DNA of 64,000 bases from a bacterium (GTDB taxonomy: Bacteria > UBA8248), in the NCBI GenBank assembly GCA_965219955.1, contig OZ244799.1, positions 2,400,001 to 2,464,000 of the forward strand. The letters run 5' to 3'. Below, piece after piece: positions 1-11,365 of this stretch. The notes beneath the pieces were generated by a model. That model was given only the letters and a program-made list of their open reading frames with translations. It ran no database searches and was not told the DNA's origin. The position numbers and the translations under genes are program-made. How positions within the stretch are numbered: position 1 is the first letter of the stretch; each line of letters begins with the position of its first letter.

Positions 1-120
1 GAAGCATGAAAGCGCCCATGCCAAGCTTGCCGGCAGCCGTCAAGCCCACGGAGAAGCGCCTTCCGGCCCCTTGTTCCATGAGGGCGCCCGCCGCCTTTCT
101 CGCCGAGAGGAGAATCTGAG

Positions 121-1200
121 ATGGGGGAAGTTTTACTCGAAGACCTCACCAAGGATTTCGGCGAGGTGATAGCAGTTAAGGAGGTGAACCTCACGATCCA
201 CGACGGGGAGTTCGTAGTGCTCCTAGGGCCATCGGGGTGCGGCAAGACCACTACGCTCCGGATGATCGCGGGTCTCGAGGAGATCACGAGCGGGCGCATC
301 CTCCTGGATGAGCGCGTGCTGAACGACGTGCACCCGCGCGACCGCGACATCGCCATGGTGTTCCAGAACTACGCGCTCTACCCCCACATGAGCGTCTACA
401 AGAACATGGCCTTCGGCCTCAAGATGCGCAAGGTCGCCAAGGACGAGATCGACCGCAAGGTGAAGAGCGCCGCCGGCATCCTGGGCATCGAAACCCTGCT
501 CGGGCGCTACCCGGGCAAACTCTCCGGGGGCCAGCGCCAGCGGGTCGCCCTCGGGCGCGCCATCGTCCGGGACCCGCGCGTCTTCCTCTTCGACGAGCCG
601 CTCTCGAACCTTGACGCCAAGCTGCGGGTCCAGACCCGGGTGGAACTCCTCAAGCTCCATCAACACCTCGCCGCCACCTCGATCTACGTCACCCACGATC
701 AGGTCGAGGCCATGACCATGGGGGACAGGATCGTGGTCATGCACGAGGGGGTCATCCAGCAGGTCGGCCCCCCGATGGAGGTCTACCAGAACCCGGCGAA
801 CCAGTTCGTGGCGGGCTTCATCGGGAGCCCTTCGATGAACTTCCTGCCCGCCACGGTGCGCTTTGAGGCGGGGCGGACGTTCCTCGAAGGCGCCGGCTTC
901 CGGATTCCCCTGCCGACGGAGCGCGCGGGCGGACTCCAAGGGCGCGAGGGCGGGGAGGTCATATTCGGCATTCGGCCCGAAGACATGCGCCTTGGTACAG
1001 AGGGCGAGCTAGAGGGGGCGGTCGAGATCATCGAGCCGGTGGGATCGGACATCTTCCTCGACCTGAACGTGGGGGGCGCCTCCCTCACCGCGCGGGTGGA
1101 ATCCAGCGTCCGGATGAGCCAGGGCGAGCGCGTCCGCCTCCGCGCCGACCCGGCGCGCGTCCACGCCTTCGACCCAGAATCCGGCGTCACGCTCGTCTGA
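121..1200 (+). CDS. Sugar/polyol ABC transporter ATP-binding protein (MalK/UgpC family)
   Basis: Walker A GPSGCGKTT, signature LSGGQRQR, FLFDEPLSNLD, C-terminal TOBE-like region; RBS GAGGAG upstream. Confidence 0.95.
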   Translation: MGEVLLEDLTKDFGEVIAVKEVNLTIHDGEFVVLLGPSGCGKTTTLRMIAGLEEITSGRILLDERVLNDVHPRDRDIAMVFQNYALYPHMSVYKNMAFGLKMRKVAKDEIDRKVKSAAGILGIETLLGRYPGKLSGGQRQRVALGRAIVRDPRVFLFDEPLSNLDAKLRVQTRVELLKLHQHLAATSIYVTHDQVEAMTMGDRIVVMHEGVIQQVGPPMEVYQNPANQFVAGFIGSPSMNFLPATVRFEAGRTFLEGAGFRIPLPTERAGGLQGREGGEVIFGIRPEDMRLGTEGELEGAVEIIEPVGSDIFLDLNVGGASLTARVESSVRMSQGERVRLRADPARVHAFDPESGVTLV

Positions 1201-1295
1201 GGTCAGCGCACCGACATACCGTAATCGTTCATACCGCCAGGAAGCCCTGGCGGTAATCACCAAATCGTCATTTCTGGTTAAGGTGCAACAGGCAT

Positions 1296-1340
1296 AAAAG
1301 AGACATAGAGAAATCCGCCTGACGGCGAAATCCCCTATGT
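1296..1340 (-). terminator. Intrinsic terminator after tRNA-Ala
   Basis: Minus-strand hairpin ACATAGGGGATTTCGCC-GTCA-GGCGGATTTCTCTATGT followed by CTCTTTT. Confidence 0.6.
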
Positions 1341-1352
1341 TTTTGATTTAGT

Positions 1353-1428
1353 TGGTGGAGCTGAGGGGGATCGAACCCCTGACCTCATGACTGCCAGTCA
1401 TGCGCTCTCCCAGCTGAGCTACAGCCCC
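1353..1428 (-). tRNA. tRNA-Ala (anticodon GGC)
   Basis: Reverse complement GGGGCTGTAGCTCAGCTGGGAGAGCG-CATGA-CTGGCAG-TCATG-AGGTCAGGGGTTCGATCCCCCTCAGCTCCACCA; 76 nt, G3:U70 pair, TTCGA T-loop, encoded CCA. Confidence 0.98.
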
Positions 1429-1524
1429 ATACAGGTGGAATTTCCTGACCCCCGAGGGGTGCGAAGGAATGTAGCGGAAACCGCGCTTCCGCGTCAACGC
1501 GGGAAGGAGCGGGACAAAACTTCC

Positions 1525-2610
1525 TTAACTTCCCGGATCCGGCTCCCCTGAGAACGCGCGCACCTGATCGGAAAGCTCCGTGAAATCGGCGCCGCCCGTC
1601 GTGTCCTCGGTCAGGATTTCGACTTCTCCGGGTCCGCTCGCGCCGAGGCCGAGTTCGACCGCGCGCCTGATCTGGCGGTGCGACCAGACGGGATAATCCT
1701 GCAGGAGTTCGGAGCCCATGGCGCGCACCACCGAGGCCCCTACAACGTCCACGGCAATACGATCGTCGCCCGCGATGATCACGTTCGGCTCTCGCTCCTC
1801 CCCGGTGTAGGGGCCGCCCGAAATCCAGCACTTCGTCCCGTCGAGCACGATCAGGGAAGGTGAGTAGAGCAGGTTCGTCTCCATGATCATCTCCGCCATC
1901 TGGGAGACGAAATGCGCGCGGACGCGGTCCCTCGGGTGCACGAACCCGTATACGTTCTTGAGCGAGAGGCTGAAGCGCGGCCCCCCGCCGTGGCTCTTCA
2001 TGGTGGGCAGGTTGACGACGTGCTGGCCGGGCGTCATCAGGCGCTCGATGCAGTGCACCCACCCGCCCCAGCGAATCGCTTTTGGGATTCGGGCCTTCAC
2101 CCAGGGTTCCTCGTCGAAGCGCAGGAGGCCCACGCCCGTTCGCTCCTGGAAATCGTTCATCCCCCAGCGCTCGAAATTCCCGCGCGCAGGCAGGGAGAGG
2201 AGCCCGCCCATCTCGCCCACGGCCAGGTCGCCGCAACCCGCCTCCTTCAGGAGGGCGACGACGGTATCGAGCGTGTCGGGATGCGTCGAGGCCGGGAACG
2301 GGTCGGCGGAGTTGAAGTTGGGTTTTAAGAGCGCGGGCTTAGGCGAATCGATGATTTGCCGGATGCCGCCCAGTTTCTCGACTGCGAGGCGTATGGCCTC
2401 ATCGCGCGTCTCCCCGCGCACCATGGCCACGAGGCTTTTGCCCTCCTTCTTGAGCTTTGGACTGCGAAGGGGCGGTGGTTCCGCTTCGGGGTATTCCTGC
2501 TTGGTTTCTTGAAGCGCGCGGTAGGCCGCCGATTCATCGAAATCGAGGACTTTCCTGAAATTCTCGGCCCGCGTCGCAACCGGCGTATCGAGTGGAACGA
2601 TCATTCTCAC
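1525..2610 (-). CDS. DUF362 domain protein
   Basis: [26 protein letters not shown]...SLSLKN, DRIAVD motifs typical of DUF362. Confidence 0.8.
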   Translation of the reverse strand: MRMIVPLDTPVATRAENFRKVLDFDESAAYRALQETKQEYPEAEPPPLRSPKLKKEGKSLVAMVRGETRDEAIRLAVEKLGGIRQIIDSPKPALLKPNFNSADPFPASTHPDTLDTVVALLKEAGCGDLAVGEMGGLLSLPARGNFERWGMNDFQERTGVGLLRFDEEPWVKARIPKAIRWGGWVHCIERLMTPGQHVVNLPTMKSHGGGPRFSLSLKNVYGFVHPRDRVRAHFVSQMAEMIMETNLLYSPSLIVLDGTKCWISGGPYTGEEREPNVIIAGDDRIAVDVVGASVVRAMGSELLQDYPVWSHRQIRRAVELGLGASGPGEVEILTEDTTGGADFTELSDQVRAFSGEPDPGS

Positions 2611-2697
2611 ATCCTCCCGAAGAAGGTGATTCTTCTTATCCCGTAAAAACCCATTCTACCGCGAAGGCCGGTTTTGCGAAACTACCAGGGTCTCTCT

Positions 2698-3067
2698 CAC
2701 TCCCCCCTTGAGGGGATTGTTGAAAAAGCCTGATTTCGTGATTCGAAGTATGGAGCCGAGCAGGGAGGGGGCCGTAGGGACAGGCCCCTATGCCTGTCCT
2801 CATGAAGCGCAACCACGCGGATGGACATCCGATGCGGGCGGCCACGGGGGGCCGCCCCTACAGCGGTCCTCTTTCATACCGCGCAGGCGGCCACAAAACC
2901 TCATCCTGAGTAGGCGCGTGAGCGCCGTATCGAAGGATGGGGGGCGCATTTCTGCGGTGAGCACGAATTTCGGCCCTTCGATACGCCGCCTTCGGCGGCT
3001 ACTCAGGGTGAGGAAAGAGGCGTTGGCGGTTTGCGGGGATCGCAGACGAGGTTTTTTCAACAACCCC
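2698..3067. repeat. Composite MITE/REP-like intergenic repeat
   Basis: GGGATTGTTGAAAAA...TTTTTCAACAACCCC ends enclosing a GTAG-type palindrome pair and a CTCATCCTGAGTAG...CTACTCAGGGTGAG pair. Confidence 0.85.
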
Positions 3068-3306
3068 TGAAGGGGTTTATGGCGAAACCATTCTCTATGA
3101 TTGTGATTTCACTCCCCCGGCGAAGCCGGAACAAATACAGAGAGACAGGAGATATTCGCCGCATGAAATTGTCTTTCGCCCGTATCCTGTAATAGACTCT
3201 GGCCCCATCAGCGCAAGGCAGGACAAGCGAGTCCCAAAGACGCATCGCCTCCCGAAGCCTCCCGAAGCGCCTCGACGACGATCTTGCACCTGAAGAAAGG
3301 TTTTTC

Positions 3307-4143
3307 ATGCTGTTTTTCATTCAGTTCCTGGCGATGGGCTTAGGGGTCGGCGTGCTCGGCACGCTGGTCGGCGCGGGCGGCGGCTTCATCCTCACGCCCC
3401 TGCTCCTGCTGATCTTCACCGACCAGCCCTCGGAAGTCATCGCTGCCACCTCGCTCAGCGTGGTCTGCCTGAACGCCCTTTCGGGCTCGGTCGCCTATTA
3501 CCGCCAAAGGCGGATCGACATCAAGACGAGCGTCTCTTTCGCGCTGGCCGGTTCGGTCGGAGCGGTAATCGGCGTCTTCGCCACGAGCGAGGTCGCGCGG
3601 GGGCCATTCGACTTCCTGCTGGGCCTGGCCCTGCTGATCCTGTGCATCTCCATCATCAACCCGCCGCCTCCCTTCGAGGCGACGCGCGAGAGCCCCGGCG
3701 GCATCGGTGCGCTCGCGCACCGGCGCATCGTGGACAGCCAAGGCAAAGTCTATGAATACGCCTTCCGCTTCCGGCTCGGCGCAGCCTTAAGCTCCATCGT
3801 GGGTTTTCTGGCGACATTTCTGGGCATCGGGGGCGGCCCCATGCACGTGCCGCTGATGATACGGATCCTGCGCATCCCGCCCCACATCGCCACCGCCACC
3901 TCGCAGTGCGAACTTCTCTTCACCACCGCCCTCGCCGTGGCGTTTCATTTCATCCTCGGCAACCTCCACGCGATGAAGAGCGTGATTCTTCCCCTCGCGA
4001 TGGGGATCATCGTGGGCGCGCAGGCGGGCGCCGCGATCTCGCACAGGGTGAAATCCCTCACGCTCACGCGCATCCTGGCGGTGCTGATGACGCTGGTTTC
4101 GCTGCAGCTTCTCTACAAAGGGGCGAGCGAATGGCTTCGGTAG
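3307..4143 (+). CDS. TauE/SafE family sulfite exporter
   Basis: Two GxxxGxGGG repeats (GTLVGAGGG, FLGIGGG), about 8 TM helices. Confidence 0.9.
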   Translation: MLFFIQFLAMGLGVGVLGTLVGAGGGFILTPLLLLIFTDQPSEVIAATSLSVVCLNALSGSVAYYRQRRIDIKTSVSFALAGSVGAVIGVFATSEVARGPFDFLLGLALLILCISIINPPPPFEATRESPGGIGALAHRRIVDSQGKVYEYAFRFRLGAALSSIVGFLATFLGIGGGPMHVPLMIRILRIPPHIATATSQCELLFTTALAVAFHFILGNLHAMKSVILPLAMGIIVGAQAGAAISHRVKSLTLTRILAVLMTLVSLQLLYKGASEWLR

Positions 4144-4270
4144 ATGGCGCGGCGGTCTGGCAAAACGACGCGGCATGTGTGAAAATGCGAACTCTGGTTA
4201 TCAACCATCGGGACAATTCCATTCAACAAGGCGTCCGCACGTAGCGGCGGACGAGAAGGAGAGTCTGAAC

Positions 4271-5053
4271 ATGTCGGATAGAGTAACCGTCGTAGAGGTG
4301 AAAGACAGAACCCTTTGGGTGGGGCTTAACCGCCCCAAAACGCTGAACGCGATGAATTTCCAGATGATCAACGAAGTCATCGAGGCCTTCACCCGGCTCG
4401 ATGAGGACCCCGACATCGGCGTGGGCGTCCTCTACGGCTTGGACGGGAACTTCTCCTCGGGCGGCGACATGGACATGATGCTGGGGCTCAACTACCAGAC
4501 CGGCCACATCTGGAACAACAAGATGCGGCGGCTGTGCATGACCCTCAGAAACTCGGGCAAGCCCACCATCGCCATGGTGCGCGGCTGGTGCATCGGCGGC
4601 GGCAACGAGTGGCAGCTTTACTGCGACCTTTGCATCGCGAGCGAGAACGCGACGTTCGGGCAATCGGGCGCGCGCGTAGGCGCGCTGCCCGTGGTGGGCG
4701 CCACGCAGTACCTCCCGCTTCTGATGGGCGACCGCAGGGCGCGCGAGATGCTGTTCCTGGCGAAGCGCTACCCCGCGCAGGAGGCGAAGGAAGTCGGCCT
4801 CATCAACGAAGTCGTGCCGGATGATGAACTGGAGAAGACGACCGAGGAGTGGTGCGCCACCATCAACTCCCACGCCCCGGCCACGCTGCGCTACATGAAG
4901 ACGAACCTGAACTTCCTGGGCGACCTCCACTACCCCTCCTGGATGCACGGTAGCGAACTATTGAACGCCGTGTGGAACAACGAGCAATCCGTCGAGGGCA
5001 TGAACGCGTTCAAGGAGAAAAGGCCGCCCGACTTCAGCCGCTTCCCGCGTTAG
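4271..5053 (+). CDS. Crotonase-family enzyme (MenB/BadI-like enoyl-CoA hydratase or ring hydrolase)
   Basis: NRPKTLNA, FSSGGD, GWCIGGGNE, FGQSGARVG; ATG 4271 after AAGGAG. Confidence 0.85.
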   Translation: MSDRVTVVEVKDRTLWVGLNRPKTLNAMNFQMINEVIEAFTRLDEDPDIGVGVLYGLDGNFSSGGDMDMMLGLNYQTGHIWNNKMRRLCMTLRNSGKPTIAMVRGWCIGGGNEWQLYCDLCIASENATFGQSGARVGALPVVGATQYLPLLMGDRRAREMLFLAKRYPAQEAKEVGLINEVVPDDELEKTTEEWCATINSHAPATLRYMKTNLNFLGDLHYPSWMHGSELLNAVWNNEQSVEGMNAFKEKRPPDFSRFPR

Positions 5054-5090
5054 GGGAAACGATTCACCATCCCGGCCGCCGCACCCGTAG

Positions 5091-5356
5091 GGGGTTGTTG
5101 AATAGCCCACATTTCAGGGGTAGAGGAGAAGCCCCTCTCGGATAGAAAAGCAACCCCCCCTACCCCCCCCCTTGTCAGGGGGGCAAGAAAAAACAAAAGC
5201 CCCTCAGCAGGCGGCGGGCGTCGCCTTTTTTACCCCCCTGACAAGGGGGGGGGTAGGGGGGGTTGCTTTTATGGGGTCTCCCTTTCTAGGGGTTACCACT
5301 CCCCTCTCAGAGACTTTTCAACACTCCCCGTAGGGGCGGTTCGCGAACCGCCCCTA
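5091..5356. repeat. MITE-like element (5091-5328) inserted in a GTAG-type REP, with 5-bp TSD CGTAG
   Basis: CGTAG at 5086-5090 and 5329-5333 flanks GGGGTTGTTG...CAACACTCCC; perfect palindrome GTAGGGGCGGTTCGCGAACCGCCCCTAC follows. Confidence 0.8.
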
Positions 5357-5538
5357 CAAAACCGCCATCTCGCCCGCCGTTGGCAGACACGCTGGTCCGC
5401 CCCCACGGAAACGACATTCTCTCCCCCGGCAGTCGGAACGTCCCTCTCCGACCGGGCTTGACCCTCATAGAGGGAGAGTACCGGCGTAATGAAAAAGAAA
5501 AGGCGGTTGTGCGGAAAGAACAGAGACGCGAATCGCCC

Positions 5539-6186
5539 CTAGCGCGCGTAGCCCCTGCGTTTGTAGACGCCGGGAGAGCCGGGCTCCTGTTGGTAATAGC
5601 TCCTCACGCGCGCCGTCCATTCGGAAGCGTTCATGTGCTTCCACTCGGGCGTCTCGCGCACGGATTCGCCTTCCATCTCGTAGAGGACGATCATGAGCCT
5701 CGGCCCCTCCACGGTGTTGTAGCGGCGCATGCGCCTCACGCCCGGGACTTTTTCGCAAAGGGGTCCGCGATCACAGGAATACCAGCCGTTGAAATCGCCG
5801 AGATTCTCTTCGGGCACGTTGATTCTACCGAACTGAATAACGGGGCCGAGACCCGCCGCGTCCACCGAGGGAAAATCGGGCTGCCGGGCCGGCAAGCCGG
5901 GATAAACCTGCGCGCATACGAGACGAATGTGGGTTGTCGGTGCGACGGGGAAGCGCATGTCGTCGGAGTCCATGAGCGAGGCGAATTCCTCGCCATAGAA
6001 CACGTGAACGTTCTCCGCCTCCAGGAGGTTCAGGTAGCGCGGCGCGCCGTCGATGACCTCATAGCTCGCGCCTCCGTTCACGCCCGAGGCTTCGAGCATT
6101 CGCGTCAGGCGAACCTCATCGAGCCATGCACGCGCCTCAACTTCCTCGCCCTCTGCGAAGTCGAACATCTCGACGAGCAAACCCAT
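5539..6186 (-). CDS. Hypothetical protein, two EthD/DUF4286-like dimeric alpha+beta barrel halves
   Basis: FNGWY...H/R-P-...VPGVRRMRRY...LYE pattern; start uncertain. Confidence 0.55.
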   Translation of the reverse strand: MGLLVEMFDFAEGEEVEARAWLDEVRLTRMLEASGVNGGASYEVIDGAPRYLNLLEAENVHVFYGEEFASLMDSDDMRFPVAPTTHIRLVCAQVYPGLPARQPDFPSVDAAGLGPVIQFGRINVPEENLGDFNGWYSCDRGPLCEKVPGVRRMRRYNTVEGPRLMIVLYEMEGESVRETPEWKHMNASEWTARVRSYYQQEPGSPGVYKRRGYAR

Positions 6187-6253
6187 GCCATGTGTACGTA
6201 CCAAAACAGTCTTGCCTCTTTGGCGACGGGAAATAGAATAGGGAGAGTCTACA

Positions 6254-6562
6254 CTATTTCTTCTGGAGAGCCACTCGTATCGTCCCCCCGTACTGCGCGG
6301 CCACCAGATGATGGGGGCGATACCCTTCCTTGATGATTTCAACCGTGAACGTATCCGCGTAATGATCCTTGATCTTCTTCCAGGGGATGATGACCGGCGA
6401 TTTGCCTATCTTCTCCTTGCCGAGCTTCACCGTGGCGCCCGGAGGATCGGTGATCACCTCAACGCCGCGCGGCACCATGTCGCCGCATCCGCTCAAAACG
6501 AGAAAGGCGGCGATGAGCGCCAATCCCATGCCGAGGGTCTTGCGCATTCTTTGTTTCTCCTT
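6254..6562 (-). CDS. PEGA-domain lipoprotein
   Basis: Lipobox LSGC after hydrophobic signal; VITDPPGATV...IGKSP...KEGY; start may be further downstream. Confidence 0.7.
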   Translation of the reverse strand, partial: KEKQRMRKTLGMGLALIAAFLVLSGCGDMVPRGVEVITDPPGATVKLGKEKIGKSPVIIPWKKIKDHYADTFTVEIIKEGYRPHHLVAAQYGGTIRVALQKK

Positions 6563-6691
6563 CATTGCTGTGTCCATCAAATATCGTATATGCGAAGCGG
6601 GCGAACTGGAAGGCCCCCACCCTGACTCTCAGGAGATTATGAACCCATCTCTTGACAAAATCCACCACCAAACACACTCTCGGCGAGAAAT

Positions 6692-7186
6692 TTGAAAGAG
6701 GAGGAGTTCCGCTTGCGCCGGCACCGATACTATTTCGACCTCATACTCGAGGGTATGGACAAATACAACCTCGCCGACTGCATCGTGGACGAATACCTGC
6801 CCCTCACCGCGCAAATGCCCATCTGGGATATCGCGGAAAAAATCCGCGAGGGACATTTCCATTTCGAGCACGAAAGCCCGGAGCCTCTCGAGGAATTCCC
6901 GAAAAACCTGGAGGCCTTCAGCGCCTATCTCCACCAGGTGGTCAAGGGTTTTCACGCTATAGAGGAGGCGGAAGACGCCCGGGTCCGCCTCGTCGAGGCC
7001 CGGAAAATCCTCGCGCTCAGAGGCGAGATCGTCACGCTTCCGCTACGGCTTCCGCCCACGCTTCTGCTCAACGACCTGGACCCCGACGCGGAGGACCTCG
7101 ACCACATCGAGGCGCACTGGAGGGGCTACCCGCGCTGGTTCCAGGACGGCATGCGGAGAAAGCATCCCTACCTGAGACGCCTTTAG
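6692..7186 (+). CDS. Hypothetical protein
   Basis: 164-aa ORF with genome-like codon usage filling an intergenic gap; TTG start. Confidence 0.65.
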   Translation: MKEEEFRLRRHRYYFDLILEGMDKYNLADCIVDEYLPLTAQMPIWDIAEKIREGHFHFEHESPEPLEEFPKNLEAFSAYLHQVVKGFHAIEEAEDARVRLVEARKILALRGEIVTLPLRLPPTLLLNDLDPDAEDLDHIEAHWRGYPRWFQDGMRRKHPYLRRL

Positions 7187-7205
7187 AGGGCGCAGGCAGA
7201 ACGAA

Positions 7206-8756
7206 TCAGGGACTGATTTTCAGGAAGTTCGGATCGCTCTCATCCCCATAGGCTTCGAGCGGCTCGCTCACCTCGTCCGCTTCGTCCTCAGCGCGCGAGA
7301 TACCCTCTATTGCAGGCGTGTGCTCGCTTTCTTCACGCTCGCTCACCTCACCCGCTTCGAGTTCCTCCGGGGGGTTCTCTGCGGAGGAGAGTTGCGCACC
7401 GTCTTCTTCCTCGCCCGCCTCACGCGCCTGAAGCGCGCGCGGGGTTCTCTCCAGGGGCGATATCTGTTCGAGCTCGCCTTCGCTTTCCGATGCTCCCGAG
7501 ACGGCGCCCAGGTCCTTGAACTTTCTCGCCGACACCAGCACGCGCGTCTCATACGAGCCCACCGCCTTGTTGTACGCCTCGACCGCCCTGTCCAGCCCCC
7601 GGCCCATGGCGTCGAAATGCTTCGCCAGCGTCTTGAGGCGCCCGTAGAGCGTCTGGCCGAGTCCACTCACGGCCTGGGCGCTCTCGGCCACCTTCTCCTG
7701 CCGCCAGCCGTAGGCCACCGCGCGCAAAAGGGCGATGAGCGTCGTGGGCGTCGCCAGTATCACCTGTCGGCTCACGCCCTCTTCTATCAGGCCGGGCTCC
7801 TGTTCGAGCGCCGCGCTGAAGAAACTCTCTCCGGGCAGGAACATCGCCACGAACTCGGGCGTGGACTCGCACTGATCCCAATACGTCTTCGAACTCAGGC
7901 GGTTCATGTGATCGCGAATCTGGCGCGCGTGTTCTCCCAAAAAGGCGCGGCGCGCTTCCTCATCCTCCGCTTCGAGCGAGTTGAGGTAGGCGTCGAGCGG
8001 TGCCTTGGCGTCGACCACCACGTTCTTCCCGCCGGGCAGCTTCACGATGAGGTCGGGGCGCAGGCGCGCCTCCTCACCCTCGATCGTCTGCTGCTCCATG
8101 AAGTCGCAGTGCGCCACCATGCCGGCCATCTCCACCACGCGCCTGAGCTGCATCTCCCCCCAGCGGCCGCGCACGTTCGGCGCGCGCAAGGCCTTCACGA
8201 GATTCCCCGTCTCCGATTGAAGCTCTTTCTGGCTGCTCGCGAGGGACTTGACTTGCTCGGTGAGCGAGCCGTAGGCCTCCCGTCTGGCCCGTTCGAGGTC
8301 TTCCACCTGCGTGCCCACCTTCTCGAGCGACTCCCGGATGGGGGCGACGAGGGTCTCCACCGCCTTCCGGCGCGCTTCGAGGTCGCCCTTGGCCTCGCTC
8401 TGGAATTTCTCGAGCGTCGACTTGGCCAGATCGAGAAAGGAAGCGTTGTTGCTCTTTAAGGCGTCTGCACTCAGCGCGCCGAAGCTCTCGCGCATCTCCT
8501 CCGTCGCGCGGCGAAGCAGGTCGATTTTCTCCTGCGCCGATTTTCGCTCGTGCGCCAGATCGGACTCGAGGCGCGCCACGTCCGACCTCAAGCCCATGTT
8601 CTTTTCCAGCTCCGCGGCGTGCGCCGCCTGCGCGTCCGCCTTTTCCATCTCGGCGTTGCGCAGCATCGTGGACAAGGCGGAAATCCGCGTCCTCACGACG
8701 AACCAGAAGCACAAGGCGAGAACGGCGGCTCCCAAGGCGGCGTGCCAGATTTCCAT
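7206..8756 (-). CDS. rmuC: DNA recombination protein RmuC
   Basis: N-terminal TM plus coiled coil; [35 protein letters not shown]. Confidence 0.93.
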   Translation of the reverse strand: MEIWHAALGAAVLALCFWFVVRTRISALSTMLRNAEMEKADAQAAHAAELEKNMGLRSDVARLESDLAHERKSAQEKIDLLRRATEEMRESFGALSADALKSNNASFLDLAKSTLEKFQSEAKGDLEARRKAVETLVAPIRESLEKVGTQVEDLERARREAYGSLTEQVKSLASSQKELQSETGNLVKALRAPNVRGRWGEMQLRRVVEMAGMVAHCDFMEQQTIEGEEARLRPDLIVKLPGGKNVVVDAKAPLDAYLNSLEAEDEEARRAFLGEHARQIRDHMNRLSSKTYWDQCESTPEFVAMFLPGESFFSAALEQEPGLIEEGVSRQVILATPTTLIALLRAVAYGWRQEKVAESAQAVSGLGQTLYGRLKTLAKHFDAMGRGLDRAVEAYNKAVGSYETRVLVSARKFKDLGAVSGASESEGELEQISPLERTPRALQAREAGEEEDGAQLSSAENPPEELEAGEVSEREESEHTPAIEGISRAEDEADEVSEPLEAYGDESDPNFLKISP

Positions 8757-8993
8757 GCGGGGATTCTCCCGGGGCGATAATTTCTTGTGGCGGGCGATGT
8801 TCGGCAAGTTCGGTGGTTATTGTATCAGGGTTCGCGCAAAAATGCGCGACGGGCGGAAGCGCGGCGCATCCAGGCTGCAAGGGGGTGGTGAAAAAGCCCC
8901 CTCCTCAGGGGATGAAGACAATCCCTCGGCGAAGCGCGCGGCTTTTCCGGACTACATGGAGCCAGGGTTCCATTGCTCCCCGCCTCCGGGAAA

Positions 8994-9257
8994 TCATTCT
9001 TTCTCGAGGCGCACGGCGGCGTCGATCAGGATGCGGTAGATCTGCTTGAGGACATCGGGCGGGCACGGACCCTCGTTGCCGTCCAGCACCCGGGCGATCA
9101 CCTCGCTCTCGCGCGCTTCGTCCTTGACGGCGATGCCGCGCGCGCTCTTGTATTCACCGACTTCGAGGCAGATTTTGAGCCGATCGTTGATGAAGCGGAC
9201 GATCTCCGCATCGCACGCATCAATCCGCTCCCTGAAACCGGACAAACCATCCGCCAT
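8994..9257 (-). CDS. Chorismate mutase (AroQ/CM_2)
   Basis: RERIDACDAEIVRFINDR...YK...DEARE. Confidence 0.85.
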   Translation of the reverse strand: MADGLSGFRERIDACDAEIVRFINDRLKICLEVGEYKSARGIAVKDEARESEVIARVLDGNEGPCPPDVLKQIYRILIDAAVRLEKE

Positions 9258-9508
9258 GCCGCGCTCCATTTGTAAGGACGTAATCGAAGAGGAAACGGCA
9301 TTATACCACGATTCGCGGCAGTTTCATTCCCGCGGACCCGAATCCCGAGAAACGCCCCCAAAGAGCGTTTCCCGATGCGTAAAACCCTTGTGAGCGGCGC
9401 GTTTTTCATTGCCGTTTGCGCCGTGAATTTGGTATCTTGCCCCCATGCGACACGCGAATCTTTTCGCTGCATCGACGTAAACTCTCTCCCGGAAAAGGAG
9501 TCCTTCAC

Positions 9509-11353
9509 ATGCTTCGTCATTTTCGTCTGCTCGTCGTCATCATTTTCGTTCTCACTCTGGGATTCGCCGGGAGCGCCTCGGCGCAGAGTTTCTCCGACGT
9601 CGTCGTGTTCGGCGACAGTCTGAGCGATTCGGGCAACGCGGCCCAGGCGAACGGGCTGCCCGCGGGCAACAGCTTCACCACGAACCCCGACCCCGTCTGG
9701 GCCGAGATCGTCGCGGAGGCCTTCGGCGCATCGGGGAGCAACTCGCTCGCGGGCGGGCCGAACTACGCCTTCGCAGGCGCCTGCGTGAACCCGGCCACGC
9801 CCTGTACGCAAGACATCGTGCCGACGGTGACGGAGCAGATCGACTCGCACCTCTCCGCACGAGGCGGAAGCGCCGACCCGAACACGCTCTACGCCATCTG
9901 GGGCGGCGCGAACGACGTCGCCGACTCCGCGGTGAACGACACCCCCAATGCGCTGGGCCACGTTCTGGCGGCCGCGGACGCCACCGTCGCGCAGGTCAGA
10001 CGCCTGCGCGAAGCCGGCGCCCGTCATGTCGTCGTGGCAAACGTGCCCGACGTCTCTCTGACGCCCTATGCCGTCAACCTGGGTCCCCTCGTCCAGGGAG
10101 CTCTGGGCGCGCTGGCCGACGAATACAACAAGAAACTCCACGCCGGCATTCGTGAGGGAGAAGACGGCGTCGTCCCCGTCAACCTTCACGCCCTCGTTCG
10201 TGAAATCGCCGCAAACCCCGGGACGTACGGCTTCACCAGCGTCACCGGAACGGCCTGTGGAGCGCCGAACGCGGACAGCGCGGTCTCCATCCTGTGCGGG
10301 CCCGAAGGTTCCCCCTCTCCCGTGACCTATCCGGCCGGCGCCAATCAAACGCACCTGTTCGCGGACCGCAGCCACCCGAGCGGCGCGGGGCACGCGATGA
10401 TGGCGGCCCTGGTCACCTCCGCGCTCGCGGCCCCGCTCCAGGTTTCGCTCGCGGGCGAAGCGGGCGCAGAGGCGGCGGAGGCTCACCACGGCGTCATCTC
10501 GGCGGAGCGGGCTTCGGATTTCGCGCTGCCCGTCGGGAGCTGGCGCGGCTATGCGCGGGGCGGGTTCGGCGCGGGCGAGCCGGGCGCCTTCGCGCGTCTC
10601 GGGGAAATCGATTCCGGCATGACCGTCATTACCCTGGGCGCGGGCCACCGCGCAGGGCCGGACCTCTCATGGGGCGCTGCGCTGAGCGTCGCCAGCCACG
10701 AGAACGAACTCACGGGCGCGAACCTGGACAGCGACGTGGCGCTCGGCTCGCTGCACGGCGCATGGCGCAGCGGCGGGCTCCAGGTGAGCATCGCCCTGAG
10801 CCTCGGCCAGACGTCGGTGGACGTAGAGCGTACGGTCACCCTCGGAGCGTTGACGCGCGTCGAGCGCGGCTCCACCGAAGCCGCCCAGTTCGGGGGCGAA
10901 TTCGAGCTGGCGTGTACACTGGGAGCTTCCGAGACTCTCCGGCATGGGCCGTTTTTCGGTCTCTCGCTGCTCAATCAGGAGGTCAAGGGCTACCGGGAGA
11001 GCGGGAATTCCTCGACCGCGATGAATTTTTCGGACTTCTCGCGCAACTCGCTCATCGCGCGCGGCGGCTACCGCTTCGGCTGGAGCGTCGGCGGATTTCT
11101 CCCCTATGCCCGCATCGCCTATGAACGCGAACTCGAGGATGAGCCCATCCGCGTCTCGGCGGGTTCGAACACCATGCCCGGGCGCTTCACGCTTCCGGGC
11201 TTCGAGCCTGCGGCCAGCGCCGTGAGCGCAGACTTAGGGCTGAGCACGAAACTCGGCGAGCGCATGAGCGGCCACCTGGGCTACTCCGGACGCTTCGGCG
11301 AAGACTCGCGCCGCAGCCACCGTCTCTCGCTGGCTTTGCGCATGGTGTTTTGA
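9509..11353 (+). CDS. GDSL esterase autotransporter (EstA-like)
   Basis: Signal peptide, FGDSLSDSGN, NYAFAGA, GGAND, DRSHP, C-terminal beta-barrel ending in F; RBS AAGGAG. Confidence 0.9.
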   Translation: MLRHFRLLVVIIFVLTLGFAGSASAQSFSDVVVFGDSLSDSGNAAQANGLPAGNSFTTNPDPVWAEIVAEAFGASGSNSLAGGPNYAFAGACVNPATPCTQDIVPTVTEQIDSHLSARGGSADPNTLYAIWGGANDVADSAVNDTPNALGHVLAAADATVAQVRRLREAGARHVVVANVPDVSLTPYAVNLGPLVQGALGALADEYNKKLHAGIREGEDGVVPVNLHALVREIAANPGTYGFTSVTGTACGAPNADSAVSILCGPEGSPSPVTYPAGANQTHLFADRSHPSGAGHAMMAALVTSALAAPLQVSLAGEAGAEAAEAHHGVISAERASDFALPVGSWRGYARGGFGAGEPGAFARLGEIDSGMTVITLGAGHRAGPDLSWGAALSVASHENELTGANLDSDVALGSLHGAWRSGGLQVSIALSLGQTSVDVERTVTLGALTRVERGSTEAAQFGGEFELACTLGASETLRHGPFFGLSLLNQEVKGYRESGNSSTAMNFSDFSRNSLIARGGYRFGWSVGGFLPYARIAYERELEDEPIRVSAGSNTMPGRFTLPGFEPAASAVSADLGLSTKLGERMSGHLGYSGRFGEDSRRSHRLSLALRMVF

Positions 11354-11365
11354 GGCCGGGGAAAA

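Noticed and set aside
1201-1352. Genomic island attachment site at the tRNA-Ala 3' end
   Set aside because: No integrase and no second copy of the tRNA 3' end seen within the window.
2708-3070. Short ORFs recurring in repeats (LLKK.., TLSSRRRRRIEG, VGTGLRACP)
   Set aside because: They are translations of the palindromic repeats, with no RBS or consistent frame.
9098-10648. Long antisense or alternate-frame ORFs (e.g. 9098-10648, 35761-37206, 38548-39894, 43638-44912, 52272-53795)
   Set aside because: Shadow ORFs of high-GC genes with no motifs, overlapping well-supported CDSs.
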